Shown here one piece after another: positions 16,781-25,280 of a stretch of 32,000 nucleotides of DNA. Position numbers and translations under genes: made by a program. Origin of the DNA: Candidatus Heimdallarchaeota archaeon (lineage in GTDB: Archaea; Asgardarchaeota; Heimdallarchaeia; Heimdallarchaeales; Kariarchaeaceae); NCBI GenBank assembly GCA_030149205.1, contig JASBSB010000001.1:780001-812000 (forward strand), written 5' to 3'. Within the stretch, counting starts at the first letter, position 1. Every line of letters begins with the position of its first letter. The notes beneath the pieces are model-generated. The model made no database searches and was not told the origin of the DNA. It was given only the letters and a program-made list of their open reading frames with translations.

Positions 16781-18499
16781 GTGGAGAACCTGCAATCTAC
16801 CTTTGTTTCTGCATCTGCTAATCAGGTGTTAAGAGAGTTTAGCAAACAGTCAGTTATTACTCAGGCAAGGAGCTTAAGTCTTATGCTTTGGTTTGTGGGC
16901 TCTATATTCAAGTTTTATTTTTTCTATAGAATTGGACTGTATCTGGTGATTCTGACCTATATTTTACAGATTATTGAACTCATTCAAATCAGACTATTTA
17001 CTTTTGAAAAATTAAAGGAAATAACTCTTCGCACTCTTATAATATCATTTACTAACATTTGGCTTTATTTCTCATTTATAACTAGTAATATCCCTAACCC
17101 ACAAGAGTTCGGAATCACTAGCCTCTCTAATGTATCTAATGGATTTTTGGTCTCTTTGCTCTTTGTTTGGTTTTCTGTAAAGGTTTTCAAGGAAGACATT
17201 GTCACTTCTGACAGCATATTTCGTATATTGTTAATTACCTTGAGAACCATATTAAGAATCAGTATATTATCAACAATTCTAGTTGCAATATTTATCAACA
17301 AAAATGTGTTAGCTGAGTATTTTTGGATTCCACTTCTGGCTTTTATATTGGACCCAATAGTTTATGCGATCTATATGAGCGAAACACCGGTCGTCAACGC
17401 ATTTGGATTGATACAGTTTGAATCAATAAAATCAGTCGTCATGAGCACCATGGTAATTGACCTAGCACTATTAGGGGTTGCAGCATATTTTAACGGAGCA
17501 TTTGGTAAAAAGATTGAAACATTTTCGACAGTTTATTTTTTAATAATTTTTGGGTTACTAATCCTGATTAGGAATGACCAAAAATACACTGTGACTAACC
17601 CACTTAAATCAACCCCAATGGGAACTTTAACTGAGATATTTAATCAAACAAGTTCCCTAAGTAAATCCAATGGATTTATCATTACAAAACCTGTGTCAAC
17701 AAAAGATGGTGTAATACACCTAAAGGAAAACTCACTTCTGGTACCTTTAAAGAAGGGAAGAGAAACTTTAGCCTTGGTACTTGGATCAGGAGAAATACTA
17801 GAAAAATCTGAGATTAAAAGTCTCAGTGGTTTAACAACCTTGAAATTAAGTGGAAAAGAGTTAAAACAGCTGACACGAGGGATTACAAAACAGAGCCTAG
17901 AAAATATAGACCCACAAATGCTTGGCTACAAAAACTGGGAACTCGTTGACCAAGAATTTCTAAAATTCAAAGGGAAAGTCAAAAATTGGGCAGATTCATT
18001 GACTCTTGAGCTCTCGAAATTCAAATCTGATAATTATGGAATACAAACCGAGAAAGGTCTGACAAGGGTTAATCTCCCATTTATCAAGGTCTTTGACTCA
18101 AATGGCAAAGGAAGATATCCCAAGATCACTAGGGTTCAATTCCCTTTCTTTAATGTTGTTCAAAATCAGGATAGCACCTTAGTTGATGGTTTTGGACTGT
18201 TAAAAGTGATTGACACAAAGCTGTTTACCTATGTGGATCTTCCAGGTATAACTGTATTCGATTCCAAGCAGGGAACCATTGTTCGGATTCTTGGATTTAG
18301 AGTTGGAGATAAACTTGACGCTTCTCTTCTTGAGGAGATCCAAGCAAAAGTAAGCCTAAGTTCTCAGGCTTTTGAACAACAGTTCAGCACATTACTTCCA
18401 GATTCACCACTGCTATTCTCATTTTCCGATAAGGGAGCTTTATTAGACCATGACCTTAAGCCATTATTAGGTGAACCCTCTGATAAAACCAATCTTTAA
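16781..18499 (+). CDS. Hypothetical membrane protein: N-terminal multi-TM domain, C-terminal soluble domain with beta-hairpin repeats
   Basis: About 7-8 TM segments in the first ~265 aa; five T-x-V-x-(L/F)-(P/G)-x-x-x-V-x-D-like repeats at 18062-18310. Confidence 0.6.
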   Translation: MENLQSTFVSASANQVLREFSKQSVITQARSLSLMLWFVGSIFKFYFFYRIGLYLVILTYILQIIELIQIRLFTFEKLKEITLRTLIISFTNIWLYFSFITSNIPNPQEFGITSLSNVSNGFLVSLLFVWFSVKVFKEDIVTSDSIFRILLITLRTILRISILSTILVAIFINKNVLAEYFWIPLLAFILDPIVYAIYMSETPVVNAFGLIQFESIKSVVMSTMVIDLALLGVAAYFNGAFGKKIETFSTVYFLIIFGLLILIRNDQKYTVTNPLKSTPMGTLTEIFNQTSSLSKSNGFIITKPVSTKDGVIHLKENSLLVPLKKGRETLALVLGSGEILEKSEIKSLSGLTTLKLSGKELKQLTRGITKQSLENIDPQMLGYKNWELVDQEFLKFKGKVKNWADSLTLELSKFKSDNYGIQTEKGLTRVNLPFIKVFDSNGKGRYPKITRVQFPFFNVVQNQDSTLVDGFGLLKVIDTKLFTYVDLPGITVFDSKQGTIVRILGFRVGDKLDASLLEEIQAKVSLSSQAFEQQFSTLLPDSPLLFSFSDKGALLDHDLKPLLGEPSDKTNL

Positions 18500-18511
18500 A
18501 TTTAAATAATT

Positions 18512-19519
18512 TTAAGTAGAGTGCTTAATTTTTCTATAAATTGGAATTAAAATAAACAAACCTAACAATGAGGAGAGTTCTGCAAATGGCACAAAGGAAC
18601 CCTGGGTATTGGAATTGCCAGTAAATTTCATTTCTGATGACTGAATAAGTTGATCGATCCATCCCTTTTCAAACGGGTCACCTGCAGCTCTCTCTGTCTT
18701 TGTCTCAACATACGCGCTTTCAATTCTACCATTTGCATTGTACACAACTTTGATTGTGTAAATATACTTCTGATAAGGAACATATGTCACATTCGAAGGT
18801 GAGGTAGAATTCATCCAAAAGATTTTACCACTTAAATCAATCTTCGCCTCCCAACTACTGGTATTTGATGAGAGTTTGCTAGGGATATCTGACAGTGAGG
18901 TAGCACCAAAAATTGAAGCTGATGTTGCGTTTCCAAAAAGATCACCTAACGTGTAATATGTTTCCACATAATTGAAAAAGCCTTTATACATTCTGTGTTT
19001 TGCAAGAACAGTAGATGAATTCCAATGATTCTTAATCATCGTGTTTATAGATCCCCAACTTGGATTTACATAGAATGGTAAGGTACTTATTGGAAAAAAT
19101 ATAAAAGTTGAAAATAAGGTTGATCCAAGTGAGGTTAAATAAAAAGAACCATTATTAGACCTTGATAATGTCCCTGTAAGAAACCCTTTATTAAATTGGT
19201 TGATGAATTTGGTCGAATTATAAGACTGTGTGCTGTTATTCTTAGATTTGGTACCCAAGTTATTCGTTGTTATAGTCTGACCTGTCTCATTAATACCTGT
19301 CACACTTACGTAGGATTTGCTGTCCAAGGTCAATGAAACAGTGCTAGCCTCGACAGTACCGTTTGTGCTTAATATTGAACCTTTGAGGCTTGTCTTTGAA
19401 CTTACATTAAATTTTTCACCTATCTTTACATTCACCTTGGAACTCACGGCAATCGGAGAGGTGGTAAGTATCACTAATATAGTAAAAAGATATAATATTG
19501 AAATTCCTTTGATTTTCAT
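18512..19519 (-). CDS. Exported Ser/Thr/Asn-rich cell-surface protein with C-terminal membrane anchor
   Basis: Signal peptide MKIKGISILYLFTILVILTTSPIAVSS (ATG 19519; TTTATATA on the minus strand about 25 nt upstream); about 12 N-x-S/T sequons; C-terminal VPF-hydrophobic helix-RKIK tail. Confidence 0.7.
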   Translation of the reverse strand: MKIKGISILYLFTILVILTTSPIAVSSKVNVKIGEKFNVSSKTSLKGSILSTNGTVEASTVSLTLDSKSYVSVTGINETGQTITTNNLGTKSKNNSTQSYNSTKFINQFNKGFLTGTLSRSNNGSFYLTSLGSTLFSTFIFFPISTLPFYVNPSWGSINTMIKNHWNSSTVLAKHRMYKGFFNYVETYYTLGDLFGNATSASIFGATSLSDIPSKLSSNTSSWEAKIDLSGKIFWMNSTSPSNVTYVPYQKYIYTIKVVYNANGRIESAYVETKTERAAGDPFEKGWIDQLIQSSEMKFTGNSNTQGSFVPFAELSSLLGLFILIPIYRKIKHST

Positions 19520-19696
19520 ACGTAATAAAACGCATATTGCTATATAAATGTTTTTCACACCAATGGTCATTAACGAAAAAAATTCATTTTAACAGAACGA
19601 TATAATAAGTAGGATTCATCAGCTATCACCATTATAGATATACAAACTTTATGGTGCAAATGGGACTCTTTAAACATGAACAAATAAATTTCAGCT

Positions 19697-20458
19697 ATGA
19701 ATGACTTTCATCTGATTATCAATGAGTGGTCAGGACATATTGCCAAAAAACAAATCTTAACAAACCTGAATTTTAAAATCCCCAAAAATCGAATAACCAC
19801 AATCATTGGAGAATCTGGTGCTGGTAAAAGCACATTGTTGAGATCACTCGTTAGACTTGTACCTGCAACTGGAAAAGGGATATTAAGGTCTAAAGATAAG
19901 GATTTAGACATTTTATCTATCCCCGTCACAGAGTTAAGACACAAGATGTCATACATTTCACAAGTCCCACAGATGTTTCCAGGAACAGTTCTTGATAACA
20001 TTTCTTGGGCTTACTCATTAGTGGGTCAAGAAATCTCTGAGAGCGAGGTTCACGATTTGTTAGGAAGATTGGAGTTAGAGAGCAAGATACTTTCATCTAA
20101 AGCTAATGATCTTTCAGTTGGTCAACAACAGAGAGTTGCTCTGTTAAGAGCACTAATTACAAAACCTGAGATTATCCTTTTAGATGAACCCACTAGTGCA
20201 TTAGATGCAATATCTGTAAAAGCATTTGAAAAACTGATTGTTGAATTAAACAGAGCTGACCATAACCTCTCTGTTTTGATGATAACACACTCAATCTCTC
20301 AGGCAATTGAGCTTGGGGACCATGTTTTAATTTTAGATTCAGGGAGCTTGATATTCGAAGGAGAAATAGACAGTCTCATTCGCAATTTTGACCTTAGTGG
20401 AAAAGATCAGGCTGATCTTTTGAATCATGTATTAAAGGAGGCTAAAATTCATGACTGA
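19697..20458 (+). CDS. ABC transporter ATP-binding subunit, FetA/YbbL (STAR1)-like
   Basis: Walker A GESGAGKS, signature LSVGQQQR, Walker B LLDEPT, H-loop ITH; coupled to a UPF0014 permease. Confidence 0.85.
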   Translation: MNDFHLIINEWSGHIAKKQILTNLNFKIPKNRITTIIGESGAGKSTLLRSLVRLVPATGKGILRSKDKDLDILSIPVTELRHKMSYISQVPQMFPGTVLDNISWAYSLVGQEISESEVHDLLGRLELESKILSSKANDLSVGQQQRVALLRALITKPEIILLDEPTSALDAISVKAFEKLIVELNRADHNLSVLMITHSISQAIELGDHVLILDSGSLIFEGEIDSLIRNFDLSGKDQADLLNHVLKEAKIHD

Positions 20459-21263
20459 ACTTTTCCCCCTTAGTTTACTGCTAAAAACTGGGCAACAGTT
20501 CTTAATCTCACTTTTCTTTTTGTTATTAATTGTGATCATCATTAAGTGGAAAGAGGTTGGAATTGAGAAATATATCACTTCATCTGCAATTCGAGGATTT
20601 TTACAATTACTTATTCTCTCAACAGTCCTGATTTATATTTTTACAATACAAATTGGTGTATTTGTATTCCTCTTTTTATTGCCAATGATCTGGTTCAGTG
20701 CCAGAACAGCTGCTGGGAGATTGCAAATGGTTGCTGGAATTTACAAAACACAGCTTTTAAGTCAATCAGTGGCTATTTTTTTGGTGATGGGAATAGCTGT
20801 GTTACTTCAAATTATCCCAATGACTCCAGAATTTGTCATTCCAATAGGAGGGATGGTAGCAGGAAATTCCATGAACATCAGTTATTTAGCTGTAAACAGG
20901 ACTGTTTCAGAGGTAAAGATTCAGGACAAAAGAATTGAAAGTGCACTAGCCCTTGGTGCAACACCTTCTGAGATATTAAGCAAATTTGGCATTATTCGAA
21001 ATGCCATTGAAGCAAGCATTACCCCAAATGTAAACAATCTGAGAACTCTAGGTATTGTGGCCATCCCTGGTTTAATGAGTGGAATGATAATTGGGGGAGT
21101 GAACCCAATAGTTGCAGGATTTTATCAGGTTTTAATTTTCTTTTTAATCATTTCAGGTGGATTAATCTCTGCTTTGATCACACTCAAGTACTCTGTTATT
21201 GAAATGTTTGATAAAGATAACCTGAGGTTAAACCTTATTGAACCACCAGAAACAGATGAATAG
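20451..21263 (+). CDS. ABC transporter permease, FetB/YbbM (UPF0014, STAR2/ALS3-like)
   Basis: RGFLQL, IPIGGMVAGNSM, ALALGA, IPGLMSGMIIGG.NP..A..YQ motifs; GGAGG RBS at 20437-20441; 8-bp overlap with the ATPase. Confidence 0.88.
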   Translation: MTELFPLSLLLKTGQQFLISLFFLLLIVIIIKWKEVGIEKYITSSAIRGFLQLLILSTVLIYIFTIQIGVFVFLFLLPMIWFSARTAAGRLQMVAGIYKTQLLSQSVAIFLVMGIAVLLQIIPMTPEFVIPIGGMVAGNSMNISYLAVNRTVSEVKIQDKRIESALALGATPSEILSKFGIIRNAIEASITPNVNNLRTLGIVAIPGLMSGMIIGGVNPIVAGFYQVLIFFLIISGGLISALITLKYSVIEMFDKDNLRLNLIEPPETDE

Positions 21264-21353
21264 AATATCTACTGTTAAGTACCTTGAAAAGATGTTGCAC
21301 AATTTCAATGTGTAAATGTTAAGAATAAATACTTGAAAAAATATAGTATACTG

Positions 21354-21773
21354 ATGCCACATTTCGATCTCTTGAAGAATAAAGAGCTAAACAAAGTTGA
21401 AGAGTACTATTATCGTGCATCCCTACACTATGTAGAATGCTCAGAAATTATTGCTTCAGGAGACTTGGCGCATGGGGTCTCGGTTTTATTTGATGCCTTC
21501 TTAAATGCAATGAGATGGAAAGCTTTGAGGAAATATAACCTTAAGATTCCAGTTGACAAAGACCTTGCTGAATTACTCATAGAAAAGAAAGAGCTCCCAA
21601 CTAATTTTGACTTTTTGTACTGGGAAAATATTGTTGAGGAAATTATTGATGAAGACTTCTCAAACTATGATGAGAGCTTAATTTCCAAATTAAGTTTTTT
21701 GATAGAACAGTTAGGAATCGTTGAGAGGGAAAACATATTTGATGAGGTAAGGGAATTACCAGATAAAAAATAA
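21354..21773 (+). CDS. Hypothetical acidic all-alpha protein (possibly HEPN-like helical bundle)
   Basis: 139 aa from ATG 21354; amphipathic helices (YYRASLHY...GDLAHGVSVLFDAFLNAMRW); no RxxxxH motif. Confidence 0.55.
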   Translation: MPHFDLLKNKELNKVEEYYYRASLHYVECSEIIASGDLAHGVSVLFDAFLNAMRWKALRKYNLKIPVDKDLAELLIEKKELPTNFDFLYWENIVEEIIDEDFSNYDESLISKLSFLIEQLGIVERENIFDEVRELPDKK

Positions 21774-21861
21774 ATGACAACCCTCAATTCTGCTATTCTT
21801 TGCTGTTTAAATGCAAGATTTTTGTGTGTAGGTATAATATGGTGTCTTTTCAGGTAGATTT

Positions 21862-22893
21862 CTATGAATAGATATTGATTGTTGCTTCTCCAATATCAGC
21901 AACATAATTGTTAATCCTTTCCAATAGTCTTAGTAGATTAAACACAGTCAATGATGATTTTTCTATGTTAAACCCAACTATCCTGTTCCAAACTTTATCT
22001 CTAAATGTATGACTATCATTGATTAATTGGTTTGACTTTGTCACGTTTCTCGTGAAAAATGACATCATTACCTCTCTAAACATGTCTATTAACAAAATTG
22101 CATCATCAAGAATCTCATTTTCGATGTATAACTTTTCATCAGATGTGTTAATCAAGTGTAACCCTATCTGGGACACTTTAAAACAATGGTCAGCCAAACC
22201 CTCTAGCCGCTTAATTATTCGTTCAAAGTCAATCACAGTAGCAAGGGTGAAGTTGAATTTTTCCTCGACCTTTAAGTCAGTAAGAAATGACCTTAATTGT
22301 CTAGAAAGAAGGTAATATAGCTTGTCAATATTAGGTTCTTCGAGTATTACTGAATGAAGACTCTCTGAGTTATTCTGTGAGAACCCCTGTATGGTATCAT
22401 CTAACATACGTAAAACTGTTTGATTCATTCTTTTAATGAATCGTATAATGTCCACAGACTCTGGAGAAGATAAATCATGAATTGAGATCTCATGTATATT
22501 GCTGTCTATCAACTCCAAGCCAATAAAATTATTAATCAGATTACCGATGTGTCTTATCTTCTTTGCTGTTAAAGACTGTTTACTATGAATTTTTATAACA
22601 TTGTTTCCATGTAGATAAGCAGCAACTATGTTTCGGACAAGGAGTTCTTCATCATCATCAGATGCCATAATCAACTTTTCCTTGATGAAAGCCTTATTTA
22701 CCAGACTTTCTTTGTTTGGAGAGTGTATTACCAGATCTCCATGATCATCTATAGACAATTTAAGGTCGGCGCCAGGTTCTACCCCTGCCTTCTGCACCCA
22801 CAGTTTTGGAAGGGTGATTGAAAGTGAAACACCACCAGTTTTCTGCACTTTTCTGGATATACTTTTACCCAATTCTGGACAATCCTCAAGCAA
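21862..22893 (-). CDS. Archaeal phosphate uptake regulator: AbrB/SpoVT DNA-binding domain plus PhoU repeats
   Basis: N-terminal RKVQKTGGVSLSITLPKLW...GV..G..L; LVRNIVAAYLHG; two PhoU repeats (IDKLYYLLSRQ, RIIKRLEGLADH; LERINNY..DIGE); divergent from pstS. Confidence 0.92.
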   Translation of the reverse strand: MLEDCPELGKSISRKVQKTGGVSLSITLPKLWVQKAGVEPGADLKLSIDDHGDLVIHSPNKESLVNKAFIKEKLIMASDDDEELLVRNIVAAYLHGNNVIKIHSKQSLTAKKIRHIGNLINNFIGLELIDSNIHEISIHDLSSPESVDIIRFIKRMNQTVLRMLDDTIQGFSQNNSESLHSVILEEPNIDKLYYLLSRQLRSFLTDLKVEEKFNFTLATVIDFERIIKRLEGLADHCFKVSQIGLHLINTSDEKLYIENEILDDAILLIDMFREVMMSFFTRNVTKSNQLINDSHTFRDKVWNRIVGFNIEKSSLTVFNLLRLLERINNYVADIGEATINIYS

Positions 22894-22917
22894 AATTGTT
22901 GGTTCACTTTATTAATT

Positions 22918-22991
22918 ATATTTTCATTTTCAACATATTTTCCTGTAATTTTCCTAGTTTCTCTATATTCTCCATATTTCTCCATAATTTC
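22918..22991. promoter_or_regulatory. Degenerate ~10-bp tandem repeat array (consensus approx. YCCATAWTTTC) between divergent promoters
   Basis: Eight consecutive units ending in TTC: atattttc, attttc, aacatattttc, ctgtaattttc, ctagtttc, tctatattc, tccatatttc, tccataatttc. Confidence 0.6.
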
Positions 22992-23003
22992 CAAAGGGAA
23001 TTA

Positions 23004-23061
23004 TTATATTATGAGGTTCTAATACTTAAATCGGAGAGAAGTCTCCAACCGAAATTGGTGA
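23004..23061 (+). promoter_or_regulatory. pstS TATA box and ribosome-binding site
   Basis: TTATATTA at 23004-23011; GGTGA at 23057-23061, 8 nt before the ATG at 23070. Confidence 0.55.
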
Positions 23062-23069
23062 ATTAACAT

Positions 23070-24167
23070 ATGAGTAATAACGGAATGAATATGAAACTAA
23101 TAGGCGGAATTATTGCCGTCATACTTGTTGTGGGAGTCGGTGCATTTATCATTGTACCTTTACTCAATCCAACACCTCAAGTTAAACTAAGTGGAGCAGG
23201 ATCCAGCTTTATTAACCCATTAATGCAGGACTGGATTTCAAAATACAATGCTGCTGGTGTAACCATCAATTATCAATCAGTAGGAAGTGGTTCTGGGATC
23301 AAGCTTGTAACCAACAAGACTGTAAACTTTGGAGCATCAGATGCACCATTGAAAGATTCTGAGTTTGCTGCGATGAAAAACCCAATTCACATTCCAGCAA
23401 CAGTTGGAGGAATTGTACTTGCATACAACTTACCAGGTGTTGGTGATGCACTCAAGATGAACTCTACAGTTATTGCTATGATCTTCATGGGACAGATTAC
23501 AAAGTGGAATGATGCCTCACTCAAACAATTAAATCCAAGTGTCACTTTACCAGCAAAAGACATCAACGTCGTTCACAGATCAGACGGTAGTGGTACAACA
23601 TTTGGTTTTACTGATTACCTCACAAGAGCAGCTCCATCAATATGGACATTAGGAACAGGAAAGTCTATCAGTTGGAAAGTTGGAGTTGGTGCAAAAGGTA
23701 ATGAAGGTGTAAGCAGCTCAATTAAAAACACACAATATTCTTTTGGATACACTGAACTCGCATATGCTAAATCAAACAACTTCAACACTGTAGCTATTAA
23801 AAACCAACATGGTGAATATGTTCAACCAACTACAGCAGGGATTCAAAAGGCTCTTGATAACTCAGCTGCTACCTTACCAAAGGGTGAAGAATCATGGGCA
23901 AAGGTTTCTCTTGTAAACGCTCCTGGAGCAGGATCTTATGCAATTGTATCATTTACCTATATCATTGTCTATAAGGATCTCAATAACCTGAAAGACAAAG
24001 CAGCTGCACAGGATCTGGTTAACTTCCTCTGGTGGGCAGTCCACACTGGACAGAATTCTGCAGGAGCACTCTCATATGTACCTCTCTCAAGTGCAGTTGT
24101 AAAAATCAATGAAAGGTCAATAGGTTTGCTCACCTTCAAAGGTGCAGCTTTGACACTTCCAAAATAA
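23070..24167 (+). CDS. pstS: Phosphate ABC transporter substrate-binding protein (N-terminal TM anchor)
   Basis: GAGSSF, QSVGSGSGI, FGASDAPL, HRSDGSGTT, GAKGNEGV and GYTELAYA phosphate-binding motifs. Confidence 0.97.
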   Translation: MSNNGMNMKLIGGIIAVILVVGVGAFIIVPLLNPTPQVKLSGAGSSFINPLMQDWISKYNAAGVTINYQSVGSGSGIKLVTNKTVNFGASDAPLKDSEFAAMKNPIHIPATVGGIVLAYNLPGVGDALKMNSTVIAMIFMGQITKWNDASLKQLNPSVTLPAKDINVVHRSDGSGTTFGFTDYLTRAAPSIWTLGTGKSISWKVGVGAKGNEGVSSSIKNTQYSFGYTELAYAKSNNFNTVAIKNQHGEYVQPTTAGIQKALDNSAATLPKGEESWAKVSLVNAPGAGSYAIVSFTYIIVYKDLNNLKDKAAAQDLVNFLWWAVHTGQNSAGALSYVPLSSAVVKINERSIGLLTFKGAALTLPK

Positions 24168-24323
24168 GTTCAATAAAACAAATTTTCAGACTAATAAAAA
24201 GACAGCTATAATTAATTAAATTTTCTTAATATTATTTCAATATATTTAACTACAAACAAAAAACAATTTATTCATATAAAGCTTTTTAATACCATTTTCC
24301 ACTGCCAGTTTAGAGAAAAATCC

Positions 24324-25280
24324 ATGGTTTTCGAAGATTCTGAACCTGACTTGAAGGTGACTTCACCTTTTGCAGGGGTCGTTATTAATGACTACATCTT
24401 TAAAATTGGTGTCTCATTGATTGGTGTGGGCTTGCCCTTGGTGATGCTCTACCTCTACTTAAATACCTTAATTAACAGCTCCATGAACAGTATTACCACT
24501 TTCGGCATAGGTGGGATTCTGAATACTGATTGGAGTGTTATTCAAGGAAAATTTGGCCTTATTACGTTCATCTATGGAACTCTTGTGACCTCAGCCATTG
24601 CAATCTTAATCGCTCTGCCTTTAAGTGTCTTGGCTTCAGTATTCATTTATGAATTCGTGCCACCTGAGTTTAAATCTTCATTAAGAAGTATAATAGATGT
24701 TCTTGCAGGTATCCCAAGTGTGATTTATGGGCTTTGGGGGATATTTATACTGATTCCATTCTTAAATTCAACATTATATAGATTCATAAATTCCTTATCA
24801 GGTAGTGAAGCTATCACTGTTGGCTATAACATGTTTACAGCCGGTCTTGTGTTGGCAATTATGATAATTCCTATTTTGGTTAATATAATCATGGAGGGAT
24901 TTGACACTGTACCAAAGACATTACGAGAGGCATTAACAGGGTTAGGAGCAACTCGATGGGAGGTCAGTAAGACTGTGACTATTGGAACAACCAAAGCCAC
25001 AATTTTTACTGCTGTTATGCTGGGGTTAGGTAGAGCTCTTGGAGAGACCATGGCTGTTACAATGGTAATTGGAAATTCAAATGTCTTTCCTAACCCATTT
25101 TATAATTTGTTTGTGCCTGGGCAGACGATCAGTTCGCTAATTGCCAATGAGTTTGGTGAAGCATCAGGGCTACAGTATTCTATTCTGTTTGAAGCTGCAT
25201 TAGTACTGTTTGTCGTGACCACTTTCTTTAACATAATTGGAATAATTGTACTTAGAAAACTAAAGGGGGCGACCAAATAA
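24324..25280 (+). CDS. pstC: Phosphate ABC transporter permease PstC
   Basis: IYGTLVTSAIA, LAGIPSVIYGLWG, EAA-type loop REALTGLGATRWE, LGLGRALGETMAVTMVIGN. Confidence 0.96.
   Translation: MVFEDSEPDLKVTSPFAGVVINDYIFKIGVSLIGVGLPLVMLYLYLNTLINSSMNSITTFGIGGILNTDWSVIQGKFGLITFIYGTLVTSAIAILIALPLSVLASVFIYEFVPPEFKSSLRSIIDVLAGIPSVIYGLWGIFILIPFLNSTLYRFINSLSGSEAITVGYNMFTAGLVLAIMIIPILVNIIMEGFDTVPKTLREALTGLGATRWEVSKTVTIGTTKATIFTAVMLGLGRALGETMAVTMVIGNSNVFPNPFYNLFVPGQTISSLIANEFGEASGLQYSILFEAALVLFVVTTFFNIIGIIVLRKLKGATK

Noticed and set aside
19520-19570. Longer start for the surface protein (MTIGVKN...)
   Set aside because: ATG 19519 gives a clean signal peptide and a TATA box at the right distance.
19697-20458. 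ATPase as a second pstB
   Set aside because: Lacks the PstB-specific FQKPNPF and YITGRFG motifs and is coupled to a UPF0014 permease.
22919-22991. Repeat array as a CRISPR or mini-CRISPR
   Set aside because: Units are 6-11 bp, contiguous and degenerate, with no spacers and no cas genes.
22779-22994. 71-aa minus-strand ORF (MEIMEKYGEYRETRKITG...) whose ETRK resembles PhoU-regulator N-termini
   Set aside because: It is the translation of the repeat array, lies in a different frame from the regulator and overlaps it; no frameshift signal seen.
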